The notes beneath the pieces were generated by a model. It made no database searches. It was not told where the DNA came from and worked only from the letters and a program-made list of their open reading frames with translations. Positions 40,253 through 55,200 of a stretch of DNA of 64,000 bases are shown here, piece after piece (position 1 is the first letter of the stretch; the number at the start of each line of letters is the position of its first letter). The stretch lies in assembly GCA_950097015.1 (NCBI GenBank), contig CATNEN010000001.1, positions 15,004,001 through 15,068,000 on the forward strand, given 5' to 3'. A program made the translations under genes and the position numbers. This DNA is from Macrostomum hystrix. Lineage: Eukaryota > Animalia > Platyhelminthes.

Positions 40253-40919
40253 GTGGTTTCTGGCCATCCAAAAAAGCAAATCAACAGCAAAATACATTAG
40301 GTTATTTTGTTTCAAATGTCGTTATTCCTCTATTGTGTTCAAGTACAGATATAGCAAATTTATAAATAATTATATTTACGCTTACTAGTCAATTACGTGG
40401 TTTTGAATCAGCTAAAGTGGCAAACAAGAAAGATAAAAAAATAATAAAAAAACAGAGCTTATTGAAAACCGACAATAAATTAGCATTTTGTAATCTAGTC
40501 TAAAAACAATAAATTTCAAAGCAATAAAAATAATATGAACAGGATTCAATTGTTTAATTTTTTGTAATCGTGCCAAACTAATATTATTATAACAAAACTA
40601 ACAACGCTAGATAATAGTTTATTATTTAGAGTTATTGATTAAAAGGCAACAATAAACGACTAAATGGTCAGACAGAAAAAAGCACAGTAGTTTAAAAAAA
40701 TCTTGGTGTGCTTTTGGCAAGCAAGCAAGCTTCTATTTATAGAAAATTTATTGAATAGTTACGTATCGCACGCATATCGGGTTAGTAAAAGCGAGATAAA
40801 AAGTTGTAATCAATTGCTTGGCCTTTATCGAGTCTATTAAGTGCAGTGTGAATGATGCGATAAAGTTTATTGTACACATCATAGTGAATATAGGCATTAG
40901 AGTAAGGTTAAGTAGACAG

Positions 40920-41952
40920 TGGGGCAGAGTGGAGTTTGGGTAGAGTGGATAGTAGGGTAGAGTGGATAGTAGGGTAGAGTGGATAGTAGGGTAGAGTGGA
41001 TAGTAGGGTAGAGTGAAGAGTAGGGTAGAGTGGATAGTAGGGTAGAGTAGATAGTAGGGTAGAGTGAAGAGTAGGGTAGAGTGGATAGTACTGTAGAGTG
41101 GATAGTAGGGTAGAGTGGATAGTAGGGTAGAGTGGATAGTAGGGTAGAGTGAAGAGTAGGGTAGAGTAGATAGTCGGGTAGAGTGGATAGTAGGGTAGAT
41201 TGGAGAGTAGGGTACAGTGAATAGTAGGGTAGAGTGGATAGTAGGGTAGAGTGGATAGTAGGGTAGAGTGAAGAGTAGGGTAGAGTAGATAGTCGGGTAG
41301 AGTGAATAGTAGGGTAGAGTGGATAGTAGGGTAGATTGGAGAGTAGGGTACAGTGAATAGTAGGGTAGAGTGGATAATAGGGTAGAGTGTAGAGTAGGGT
41401 AGACTGAAGAGTAGGGTAGAGTGGATAGTAGGGTAGATTAAAGAGTGGGGTAGATTATGTGTAGGGTAGAGTGGATAGTAGGGTAGAGTGAAGAGTAGGG
41501 TAGAGTAGATAGTAGGGTAGAGTGAATAGTAGGGTAGAGTGGATAGTAGGGTAGATTGGAGAGTAGGGTAGACTGAAGAGTAGGGTAGAGTGGATAGTAG
41601 GGTAGATTAAAGAGTGGGGTAGATTAAGTGTAGGGTAGAGTGGATAGTAGGGTAGAGTGAAGAGTAGGGTAGAGTAGATAGTAGGGTACAGTGAATAGTA
41701 GGGTAGAGTGGATAATAGGGTAGAGTGTAGAGTAGGGTAGACTGAAGAGTAGGGTAGAGTGGATAGTAGGGTAGATTAAAGAGTGGGGTAGATTAAGTGT
41801 AGGGTAAGAGTGGATAGTAGGGTAGATTAAAGAGTGGGGTAGATTAAAGAGTGGGGTAGATTAAGTGTAGGGTAAGAGTGGATAGTAGGGTAGATTAAAG
41901 AGTAGGGTAGACTGAAGAGGAGGGTAGACTGAAAAGTAGGGTAGAGTGAAGA
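40920..41952. repeat. 17-bp minisatellite GTAGGGTAGAGTGGATA
   Basis: Direct copies. Confidence 0.93.
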
Positions 41953-42591
41953 AATTTAAATTTGTAAATTTAATGTGGCCTAAATTTAAAAGCGTTTTTA
42001 TATTTGACGATTAACAACACCATCAGACTAGGGTGCAAGCAATGTGACAGTTATAAATTATCAGTCTTTTAGGGGGAAATAAAAAATAACAAGCAAACAA
42101 GAAAGACCCACAAAACAGCAGAAAAAACAAAAAGCAGAGAAATTAATTTTTTGAATCGAACAATGCTCGTTTAATACTACTGCGGCCAAACTAAGTAGAA
42201 CAGTTGGGAAATTTCGGTAAACAGGAAAAAAGTAATAAGAAAAAAGGAAATTGAAGTGAATCATTTTTAGAGCCAGCGAGAATGACAGAGGCTTAAGAAA
42301 GAACAACTTAAAAACAGAGACAACATTGAATCAGCAAACCGGGCATCGATTATATTGTCATTATTACTATGAGTAGCTCGCAACAAACTTAGTAATTAAT
42401 TTTTTCAAATCGCATGATAACGAATAAACTGTCGATGCAAGAGAAAAAACGACCAAATATATGATGGTTGGGCCACGTTAAAAATATATAGCGAGGTAGG
42501 CTTATATGCAGCTCGACATGAAGGTAATATCTTCTATATGAAAATATTTTTGATTAACTATTGTGCCCGTGTCTGCTATGAGGTTCTGACG

Positions 42592-43085
42592 GTAGACTCT
42601 AGAGAGAGAAGTAGACAGTAGAAAGTAGATAGAGAAGTAGACAGTAGACAGTAGAAAGTAGAGTGAGAAGTAGACAGTAGACAGTAGAGAGAGAGAGAAG
42701 TAGACAGTAGACAGTAGGCAGTAGACAGTAGAGTGAGAAGTAGACAGTAGACAGTAGAGTGAGAAGTAGACAGTAGGCAGTAGACAGTAGAGTGAGAAGT
42801 AGACAGTAGGCAGTAGACAGTAGAGTGAGAAGTAGACAGTAGACAGTAGAGAGAGAGAAGTAGACAGTAGACAGTAGACAGACAGTAGAGTGAGAAGTAG
42901 ACAGTAGACAGTAGAGTGAGAAGTAGACAGTAGGCAGTAGACAGTAGAGTGAGAAGTAGACAGTAGGGAGTAGACAGTAGAGTGAGAAGTGGACAGTAGA
43001 CAGTAGAGAGAGAAGTAGATAGTGGAAGGTAGAGAGAAGTAGACAGTAGACAGTAGAGAGTAAAGAGTAGTATGAGAAGTAGAAG
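42592..43085. repeat. Compound repeat AGAGTGAGAAGTAGACAGT(AGACAGT)n
   Basis: The reverse complement shares CTGTCTACTTCTC with the 25450 and 29916 arrays. Confidence 0.85.
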
Positions 43086-43227
43086 GCACTAATTTTCGCT
43101 ATTTGATTTCAGATACAGGTACATGTTCGCAGAGCAAATCGAACAATATCATAGAAGTGTATGGCTGGTAGAACCAGTAAGCTAAGCAGCAGGAAACCAA
43201 AAGTCCATCCATAGCACACTGGGTGTG

Positions 43228-46200
43228 TCAAGTACAATCGTCCTCATTATTAGCCAGAGGTGGCGATGTGGCAGCGGCAGCAATATCGGTCAGTTTCTGA
43301 GCAGTTCTCAACTTTCCACTTTCGTCGCCAACAATTTCGTCACGGAGGGAAACTTTTGAAATCCTGGCACTGTTAGATTCGCCAATATTGTCTTCATCAA
43401 TGTCATCGTCAACATTGTCAAATTCTTCAATGTCGGCAGTTGTAGTGAGGGTGGCTTCGGCGGCAGGAGACTGCTGCTGCTGCTGCTGCATGAAGATTGT
43501 CGGCTCCTCGTCGATTTCTGGCAGATCGTCGCGAATAACGGAAAGATTAGACAAGCCACCGGTGGCATAGTCTGGCAGGTGTTGCATCAGCAGGCTCACT
43601 AAGGCGGCCTCCTGGCGGGTGTTGTCAACGGCGAAGTCTCCGCAGGAGGCAGAGGAGTCCGGGCAGCGGATGATGCAGGGCGCCATCAGCAGGGCGAGGC
43701 CGCCTGCGTCCAGGCCGGTGACGCTCGCCACGTTGGGCTCGGCGAACAGGCGCAGGAATCTGATCACGTGACGCAGCACTCGCTGGTTCAGCGGGCTCAG
43801 CTGCCTGGCAACCAGAGCCAGAGCCTCGTCTGGCCGATCGTGACAGTCCAGAGCGCGCTGGTAGAGTCTGCTCGGGATCAACGGCTCGGCTAGCTCCCGC
43901 AGCCACTGGGTGAGCAGGCTGGCAGCCACACGCGGATCGCTCAGCCGCCTGCAGGCTGTGAGATCCCACTGCTCAAGCTGAGTCCGGGCCGCATTCAACG
44001 CGTCACTGTCGCCCTGGTGACGAAAGATTCCTTCGGTCAGCTGGCCGCCTAGGCGGAGAATCTCCTCAGTCAGGACGGTAAGAATCCACGGCTGCTCAAG
44101 CTCGGGAAAGCCGCGCTGCCGCTGCTGCAGCATGAGGCCCTCCAGGCTGCAGCCGAACACGCCAGGGACAAGGATTGTGCGCTGAGGGACATTGCGAGGA
44201 AAATTTGGATAAAGGAGAGAAGGCTTTTGAGCTTGTGGTGTAAGAGGGCCGACCTCAAAGACACAGTGAGAGTGTACACCGCCTTATATTGAGTAGGGGT
44301 AATGATAATAATAATTGCAGGAGGGCTGCGGGCAATGGCACATCATTTGGTGTCACTAGACCCGCAGCCAGCGAGGAGGCATTTCTGCCCATTTCGCTGA
44401 CTCCTGAGCACACACGCACACAGGTGTGTACATCCACACTCTCACTGTGCCTTGGAGGTTGGCCCTGAAGGGCGCAAATTGCACGACAAGCCCCCAAGCC
44501 TTCTCTCCGCGGCTGCGCCCTAAATTGTAATGCGGCCTCGTCGCGGAATCGAGCTCGGGACCTTGGTGCGAGAGGCAAACACGTTAACCGCTCTGCCCTC
44601 ATAGAGGAGGATTTTTAGCCTAGTGGTTAAAGCCTTGGACTTACGACTTGAAGGTCGAGGGTTCGATTCCTGAAAGCACTGGAACACTTAATTCTGCATT
44701 GGTTCAGTTCACCCAGCTGTTAAATGGGCACCAGAATTAGCTGGTGGGGGATAATTTAGGGGGGTGTGGCGTCCAGGAGGAGAAGCTATTATTAGCAAAT
44801 CCCTAAATATCTTCAAGATGCATAGCTCATCACTACCTTAGCAATGGCCACTTCGTCCACGCTCGGCCCTTGGCTGCCCTTCCTGGCGCCGAGTCTCAGA
44901 ATCCGCCTCAGCCGCTGGTAGCACACACCGGCGTATTGTCGCTGGTCGGCAAACGGGCAGGTAGGCTCCAGTCTTTGACAATGACGCAGCAGGAAACCCT
45001 CCAGGTAGGGAGCGAAGCCGCCGCTAGGCGGGAAGAAGGCCAAACAGATGGCCAGCAGCTCCCAGCCGAGGTGAAGCGACTCCTGATTCGGATTGTTGGT
45101 GAGCTGGCGGCACAGCTGCATGAGCTGTTCGTCTCGCATGCCGCTAACCTGCAGTCCCAGTTGCACAATGTGCCAGGCCAGCACTGGCTGGGACAATGTC
45201 TTGATTCTCCTATCTCCCATGTAGCGTTGGATGGCTTTGAAATTGTCGGCCGCTTCGCGTTTGTGAATTTTTTCTGTGGCAGCCAGGAGTGGCCGCGGCA
45301 GATCGCGTCGGGTCCAACAGAGCAGCTTGGCCGGGTTGTGCTCACGACGAAATAGGGTGAGGGACCAACCGGGTGGAAGGGGATAAGCTGGAGCAGGCGG
45401 GAATGAGGAGGCTGCAGCGGCTGTGTAGCCAATCAGGGATGTCGCAGGCAGGTAGGCCGACGACGCGCCCTCCGAAGCCATCGAGGCCACGCTGAGCGAC
45501 CTGCTGGAGGCGTCGAATAGGGAGGCTGAGGTTCGGCCATAGACACCAGCTGAAGGATTCGTTCTAGGAAAGGCTGGCTGGGTCTGCCAGAAACTCGGCT
45601 GCTGCTGCTGCTGCTGCTGCTGTTGAGAATAGCGAGCTGTCGTGCCTGACGCCGAATCCCACAGGCCGTTGCTGCTTCCGCCAACGGCACCCAAAGCGGC
45701 ATCGAAGCCGCTATCTGCACTGGTCTCCGATTGCTGCTGCTGCTGCTGCTGCTGAGTCACAGATGAAGTGCCAGCGGACACAAAAGCCTGACCGCCTAGT
45801 CTGGGAAGGGTGCCGTGACCAGACGATGCCCAGGAGCCTTGGATCGAGTGACGAGACGGATGCCGCTGCGATGAATCATTTAGATAGGGATTATTGACGA
45901 TTATTTTCCCTTGTTCTTATCGCCTAAGATACTGAATAGTATAAAAGCAGAAACTAAAATCTTTAGAAAGCAATTAATACAAAAAGCATTCCGACGTAAG
46001 GTTCATGCACATCTAGCAAGGCGGGAATGAAAAAATGACGCTGCAGTCAGACCTATCCTATGATGCTCCATGTCTAACAGACCTAACCTATCTTATGATG
46101 CTCCATGTCTAACAGACCTAACCTATCTTATGATGCTCCATGTCTAACAGACCTAACCTATCTTATGATGCTCCATGTCTAACAGACCTATCTTATGATG

Positions 46201-49200
46201 CTCCATGTCTAACAGACCTAACCTATCTTATGATGCTCCATGTCTAACAGACCTAACCTATCTTATGATGCTCCATGTCTAACAGACCTAACCTATCTTA
46301 TGATGCTCCATGTCTAACAGACCTATCTTATGATGCTCCATGTCTAACAGACCTATCTTATGATGCTCCATGAATAACAGATCTATCTTATGATGCTCCA
46401 TGTCTAACAGATCTATCTTATGATGCTCCATGTCTAACAGACCTATCTTATGATGCTCCATGAATAACAGATCTATCTTATGATGCTCCATGTCTAACAG
46501 ATCTATCTTATGATGCTCCATGAATAACAGATCTATCTTATGATGCTCCATGTCTAACAGATCTATCTTATGATGCTCCATGTCTAACAGATCTATCTTA
46601 TGATGCTCCATGTCTAACAGATCTATCTTATGATGCTCCATGAATAACAGACCTAACCTATCTTATGATGCTCCATGTCTAACAGACCTAACCTATCTTA
46701 TGATGCTCCATGTCTAACAGACCTATCTTATGATGCTCCATGTCTAACAGACCTATCTTATGATGCTCCATGAATAACAGATCTATCTTATGATGCTCCA
46801 TGTCTAACAGACCTATCTTATGATGCTCCATGAATAACAGATCTATCTTATGATGCTCCATGAATAACAGATCTATCTTATGATGCTCCATGAATAACAG
46901 ATCTATCTTATGATGCTCCATGTCTAACAGATCTATCTTATGATGCTCCATGTCTAACAGACCTATCTTATGATGCTCCATGTCTAACAGATCTATCTTA
47001 TGATGCTCCATGAATAACAGATCTATCTTATGATGCTCCATGTCTAACAGACCTATCTTATGATGCTCCATGAATAACAGATCTATCTTATGATGCTCCA
47101 TGAATAACAGATCTATCTTATGATGCTCCATGAATAACAGATCTATCTTATGATGCTCCATGAATAACAGATCTATCTTATGATGCTCCATGTCTAACAG
47201 ATCTATCTTATGATGCTCCATGTCTAACAGACCTATCTTATGATGCTCCATGTCTAACAGATCTAACCTATCTTATGATGCTCCATGTCTAACAGATCTA
47301 TCTTATGATGCTCCATGTCTAACAGATCTATCTTATGATGCTCCATGTCTAACAGATCTATCTTATGATGCTCCATGTCTAACAGATCTATCTTATGATG
47401 CTCCATGAATAACAGATCTATCTTATGATGCTCCATGTCTAACAGATCTATCTTATGATGCTCCATGTCTAACAGATCTATCTTATGATGCTCCATGTCT
47501 AACAGATCTATCTTATGATGCTCCATGTCTAACAGACCTATCTTATGATGCTCCATGTCTAACAGACCTAACTTATCTTATGATGCTCCATGTCTAACAG
47601 ACCTATCTTATGATGCTCCATGTCTAACAGACCTATCTTATGATGCTCCATGTCTAACAGACCTATCTTATGATGCTCCATGAATAACAGATCTATCTTA
47701 TGATGCTCCATGAATAACAGATCTATCTTATGATGCTCCATGAATAACAGATCTATCTTATGATGCTCCATGTCTAACAGACCTATCTTATGATGCTCCA
47801 TGTCTAACAGATCTATCTTATGATGCTCCATGTCTAACAGATCTATCTTATGATGCTCCATGTCTAACAGATCTATCTTATGATGCTCCATGTCTAACAG
47901 ATCTATCTTATGATGCTCCATGAATAACAGATCTATCTTATGATGCTCCATGTCTAACAGATCTATCTTATGATGCTCCATGTCTAACAGATCTATCTTA
48001 TGATGCTCCATGTCTAACAGATCTATCTTATGATGCTCCATGTCTAACAGACCTATCTTATGATGCTCCATGTCTAACAGACCTAACTTATCTTATGATG
48101 CTCCATGTCTAACAGACCTATCTTATGATGCTCCATGTCTAACAGACCTATCTTATGATGCTCCATGTCTAACAGACCTATCTTATGATGCTCCATGAAT
48201 AACAGATCTATCTTATGATGCTCCATGTCTAACAGACCTATCTTATGATGCTCCATGAATAACAGATCTATCTTATGATGCTCCATGAATAACAGATCTA
48301 TCTTATGATGCTCCATGAATAACAGATCTATCTTATGATGCTCCATGTCTAACAGATCTATCTTATGATGCTCCATGTCTAACAGATCTATCTTATGATG
48401 CTCCATGAATAACAGATCTATCTTATGATGCTCCATGAATAACAGACCTATCTTATGATGCTCCATGAATAACAGATCTATCTTATGATGCTCCATGTCT
48501 AACAGATCTATCTTATGATGCTCCATGTCTAACAGACCTATCTTATGATGCTCCATGTCTAACAGATCTATCTTATGATGCTCCATGTCTAACAGACCTA
48601 TCTTATGATGCTCCATGTCTAACAGATCTATCTTATGATGCTCCATGAATAACAGATCTATCTTATGATGCTCCATGTCTAACAGACCTATCTTATGATG
48701 CTCCATGAATAACAGATCTATCTTATGATGCTCCATGAATAACAGATCTATCTTATGATGCTCCATGTCTAACAGATCTATCTTATGATGCTCCATGTCT
48801 AACAGATCTATCTTATGATGCTCCATGTCTAACAGATCTATCTTATGATGCTCCATGAATAACAGATCTATCTTATGATGCTCCATGAATAACAGATCTA
48901 TCTTATGATGCTCCATGTCTAACAGATCTATCTTATGATGCTCCATGTCTAACAGATCTATCTTATGATGCTCCATGTCTAACAGATCTCTTATGATGCT
49001 CCATGTCTAACAGATCTATCTTATGATGCTCCATGTCTAACAGATCTATCTTATGATGCTCCATGTCTAACAGATCTATCTTATGATGCTCCATGTCTAA
49101 CAGATCTATCTTATGATGCTCCATGAATAACAGATCTATCTTATGATGCTCCATGTCTAACAGATCTATCTTATGATGCTCCATGTCTAACAGATCTCTT

Positions 49201-52200
49201 ATGATGCTCCATGTCTAACAGATCTATCTTATGATGCTCCATGTCTAACAGATCTATCTTATGATGCTCCATGTCTAACAGACCTATCTTATGATGCTCC
49301 ATGTCTAACAGATCTATCTTATGATGCTCCATGTCTAACAGATCTATCTTATGATGCTCCATGTCTAACAGATCTATCTTATGATGCTCCATGTCTAACA
49401 GATCTATCTTATGATGCTCCATGTCTAACAGATCTCTTATGATGCTCCATGTCTAACAGATCTATCTTATGATGCTCCATGTCTAACAGATCTATCTTAT
49501 GATGCTCCATGTCTAACAGATCTATCTTATGATGCTCCATGTCTAACAGATCTAACCTATCTTATGATGCTCCATGTCTAACAGATCTATCTTATGATGC
49601 TCCATGTCTAACAGATCTAACCTATCTTATGATGCTCCATATCTAACAGACCTATCTAACATTCATGTCCAACATTCATGTCTAACAGATCTATCCTAGA
49701 TCCATGTCTAACAGGTTATCTATAATTGTCATATCTAACAAGTCTGTCTAACATTCAAAAAATCTCTTTAATTTCAAAACTAATTTCAGTACTATTGAAA
49801 GCATCTAAGATAATTAAATAAATATACCTAAAGTACTACTTATCAAACAGTAGTTTCAAAATTTACAGTCTACGTATAATAAAGCAAAATATTTCTAGCA
49901 GAAACGATAGAAGCGTAACTAAATCTAAGTGTGGAAAAAACCTGGCTGAAAGTTGATATCCCGATAGATCAGTTAAATGATATTGTATACCGGCCAACAA
50001 AAAGCACACACACACACATATACACACACAGACACAGAAACTTTCCCACAGAAATTAACTTAGCACTTTTGTACATGTACCAATGTATCCAAGCTTGGCT
50101 TAGACTCGTATTAGCCAGATTACATCCATCAATATTTTATAGACTGCCTAGGCAATCAGACACGGAAGAGAGACAGAGACAGACAGCCATGTTTACAATA
50201 ATGGCAGCGATTGTGCTTAAAAATATTTCTCTCTGTAGCGAAAGTTCCCATGAAAATTATGGCTATCTTTTTAGACAGAAAAAAACACGACTATTAAATG
50301 GGGATAAATTGGTGTAATTTGACGCAAAAGCAGACACACACACACACAAAAGCTGGACATCAACACACATACACAGCCTCTATAGTAACGAGTGTATCTG
50401 TGCGTGTTTTATAAATTGTACTTTCTAATACACATTACACTAAACTGGTCGGGGGAATGGAAAGCTCGCTGACTGTATCAAACTTTTATGAACTAAGCCG
50501 AAGAAAGCTAAGCATTTTTTATGGCGATTGCGAAATAAAAGCAAAATCAATTTTTTGGAACAGGAAGAAACTGACACTACAGACAGAATAGCTGACACTA
50601 CAGACAGGATAGCTGACACTACAGACAGAATAGCTGACACTACAGACAGGATAGCTGACACTACAGCCATGACAGCTGACACTACAGACAGAATAGCTGA
50701 CACTACAGACAGGATAGCTGACACTACAGCCATGACAGCTGACACTACAGACAGAATAGCTGACACTACAGACAGGATAGCTGACACTACAGCCATGACA
50801 GCTGACACTACAGACAGAATAGCTGACACTACAGACACTACAGACAGGATAGCTGACACTACAGCCATGACAGCTGACACTAAAGACAGAATAGCTGACA
50901 CTAAAGACAGAATAGCTGACACTAAAGACAGAATAGCTGACACTAAAGACAGAATAGCTGACACTAAAGATAGAATAGCTGACACTACAGCAAGAATAGC
51001 TGACACTACAGACAGAATAGCTGACACTACAGACAGAATAGCTGATACTACAGCAAGAATAGCTGACACTAAAGACAGAATAGCTGACACTACAGATAGA
51101 ATAGCTGATACTACAGCAAGAATAGCTGACACTAAAGACAGAATAGCTGACACTACAGATAGAATAGCTGATACTACAGCAAGAATAGCTGACACTACAG
51201 ACAGAATAGCTGACACTACAGCAAGAATAGCTGACACTAAAGACAGAATTTCGATTTTGTCGTCAAAGCAAATTTAATTTTCCTCTATTCGTGTGAAACT
51301 ACGAAGTAAGAAGGGAAACACTTAGACTGTTACATTAAATTGTATCGAGCAAATTCTTATTAAGCAAGGCAATGTTAAAATGATTTTGTGAGCTGAGCTA
51401 AATCGTCCGCTTTCTTTTGCTGAACCGTTTAGTCTACTAAAAACCTCCTCTCAAATGAAAGGGAAAATCCAAGAGCTCTTTTAGGAGAAAAATAGAGAAC
51501 CAACCCCACTCCATCACCATCCTTAAATCTAGTGAAAATGAGAGACTTCAGTTGACAGACGAGAGCGACCACTTCACTCGGCCGCTGAATCTTCATCAAA
51601 CTATGCATTTTTCTTCCTAAATTTTCTCTTCACTTTGAACTTATAAATTATGGTCGTTTAGTTAAAAAGTTCCATGAATATATTGAATATATTCCTTGAA
51701 TAAGATTTCTCAAGATATTACAGCATTCGTAATGCATTCGTAACATTCCAACCAGATTTCTGACGACATTCCAACAAGATTTCTGACGAGATTTTAAACA
51801 GCTTTGTCGACATTCCAACCAGATTTCTGACGACATTCCAAGCAGATTTCTAACGAAATGCCAACAAGATTTCTGACGACATTCCAACGATATTTCTGAC
51901 GACATTCTAACCAGATTTCTGACGACATTCCAACCAGATTTCTGACGACATTCCAACAAGATTTCTGAAGACATTCCAACCAGATTTCTGACGACATTCC
52001 AACAAGATTTCCGACAACATTCCAACAAGATTTCTGGCGACATTCCAACAAGATTTCTGACGACATTCAAACAATATTTCTGACGACATTCAAACAATAT
52101 TTCTGACGACATTCCAACAAGATTTCCGACGAAATTCTTCAAGATTTCTGACGAAATTCCAACAAGATTTCTGACGACATTCCAACCAGACTTCTGACGA

Positions 52201-55200
52201 CATTCCAACCACACTTCTGACGACATTCCAACAAGATTTGACGAAATTCCAACAATATTTCTGACGACATTCCAACCAGATTTCTGACGAAATTCCAACA
52301 AGATTTCTGACGACATTCAAACAATATTTCTGACGACATTCCAACAAGATTTCCGACGACATTCCAACAAGATTTCTGACGACATTCAAACAAGATTTCC
52401 GACGAAATTCTTCAAGATTTCTGACGAAATTCCAACAAGATTTCTGACGACATTCCAACCAGACTTCTGACGACATTCCAACCACACTTCTGACGACATT
52501 CCAACAAGATTTGACGAAATTCCAACAATATTTCTGACGACATTCCAACCAGATTTCTGACGAAATTCCAACAAGATTTCTGACGACATTCAAACAATAT
52601 TTCTGACGACATTCCAACAAGATTTCCGACGACATTCCAACAAGATTTCTGACGACATTCAAACAATATTTCTGACGACATTCCAACAAGATTTCTGACG
52701 ACATTCAAGCAATATTTCTGACGACATTCCAACAAGATTTCCGACGAAATTCTTCAAGATTTCTGACGAAATTCCAACAAGATTTCTGACGACATTCCAA
52801 CCAGACTTCTGACGACATTCCAACCACACTTCTGACGACATTCCAACAAGATTTGACGAAATTCTAACAATATTTCTGACGACATTCCAACCACACTTCT
52901 GACGACATTCCAACAAGATTTCCGACGACATTCCAACAAGATTTCTGACGACATTCAAACAATATTTCTGACGACATTCCAACAAGATTTCTGACGACAT
53001 TCCAACAAGATTTCTGACGACATTCCAACAAGATTTCCGACGACATTCCAACCAGACTTCTGACGACATTCCAACCAGATTTCTGACGAAATTCCAACAA
53101 GATTTCTGACGAAATTCCAACAAGATTTCTGACGACATTCCAACCACACTTCTGACGAAATTCCAACAAGATTTCCGACGACATTCCAACAAGATTTCTG
53201 ACGACATTCAAACAATATTTCTGACGACATTCCAACAAGATTTCTGACGACATTCCAACAAGATTTCTGACGACATTCCAACAAGATTTCTGACGACATT
53301 CCAACAAGATTTCCGACGACATTCCAACCAGACTTCTGACGACATTCCAACCAGATTTCCGACGAAATTCTTCAAGATTTCTGACGAAATTCCAACAAGA
53401 TTTCTGACGACATTCCAACCAGACTTCTGACGACATTCCAACCACACTTCTGACGACATTCCAACAAGATTTGACGAAATTCCAACAATATTTCTGACGA
53501 CATTCCAACCAGATTTCTGACGAAATTCCAACAAGATTTCTGACGACATTCAAACAATATTTCTGACGACATTCCAACAAGATTTCCGACGACATTCCAA
53601 CAAGATTTCTGACGACATTCAAACAATATTTCTGACGACATTCCAACAAGATTTCTGACGACATTCCAACCAGACTTCTGACGACATTCCAACCAGATTT
53701 CTGACGAAATTCCAACAAGATTTCTGACAAAATTCCAACAAGATTTCTGACGACATTCCAACCAGACTTCTGACGATATTCCAACAAGATTTCTGACGAC
53801 ATTCCAACCAGACTTCTGACGACATTCCAACAATATTTCTGACGACATTCCAACCAGATTTCTGAAGACAATCCAACCACACTTCTGACGAAATTCCAAC
53901 AAGATTTCTGACGACATTCAAACAATATTTCTGACGACATTCCAACAAGATTTCTGACGACATTCCAACCAGATTTCTGACGACATTCAAACAATATTTC
54001 TGACGACATTCCAACCAGATTTCTGACAAAATTCCAACCAGATTTCTGACAAAATTCCAACCAGATTTCTGACAAAATTCCAACTAGATTTCTGACGACA
54101 TTTCAACTAGATTTCTGACGATATTTTAATTGATTCTGACAATATTTTTAAAGTCAGCATAAAGCGCTCATTTAAAAAAAATCTCTCTAGAATAGAAAAA
54201 TAGGATAGGAAGTCGATTGGTCTGCAGTATATCTAAATAAAATTTAGCAGTTCGGAATACTTCAAATTTTACTCCGAGAGAGAGAGAGAGGGGGGATAGA
54301 GAAACAGAGTGAGTAGGAGACGGGATGGCTGTGAGTAGGCAGAGCATCAGACAGTTGAGTTGATTAGAAAGGGAGTTACGCACGACTGACCACTTGGTTG
54401 AGTAATGAGATGGTCACTATACTCCAAAATTCAGTATTTCTGACATAGATCTAAGAAGAATGAGTGTTTGCGTGTGTAAGAGACACAGTCGATGACAGAA
54501 ATTGAGTTAATCTCTAGCCCAAAGCAACAGCCACCTAGTCTTAAACTTCAGGCTTGCAGCTAGCAATGCGTTTTTCAAATGTGTTTGAAAAACACTGATA
54601 TTTAAATTTCTTTGCTATATGCCTATATGCCTTCGGAAAATGAAGAAAAACTACTGAACATATATATATTACTGGTTAGATTTCTAATCAGATTTTTCAC
54701 CAAGCAATTTCAGAATTGTTTAAATGTCAAAATAAGATATTGCCACCTTTGTGACCACACGCGACCTAAATAAATAATTCTCGCAGTGGTCCTATAAATA
54801 AATCTGCAAATGTTTTGTGCCATTTCTGACATTTCCAGCATGCCTGTTCGCTTCCAACTTTTCTTAGCTCTCGTGTTACGTCACCAAAATCACATGACAC
54901 AAGGGGTATGAATTATCTTCTTTTAAGATTCCCAAATCCTTGTCAACAAGTGTACAATTAACTTAGTTTGTTATCATATGCCCACAAGCAACGTAACTTA
55001 ATTAACTAACATAGTTAACATATTTGACGGCTGTGATGACAGTTGAATACGGAATCTGTAGAAAATAATTAGTCTGCCAACAGGACTTCTAAGCTAGCTT
55101 TAAATATATTGAATTCCATTCGCTATATAAACTAGGGAATTTACCTTTACCAAGCAGTAATTTACCTTAGTTATTTAGAAGCAGATGGGAACAGTCATAA

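Noticed and set aside
44606-44685. Possible tRNA gene
   Set aside because: A and B boxes are present, but there is no acceptor-stem pairing and the sequence runs into a SINE-like body.
46288-49422. (MEHHKIDLLD)n ORFs resembling a repeat or neuropeptide precursor
   Set aside because: A 30-bp intronic array broken by 35-bp and 28-bp frameshifting units; no signal peptide or unique flanking coding sequence.
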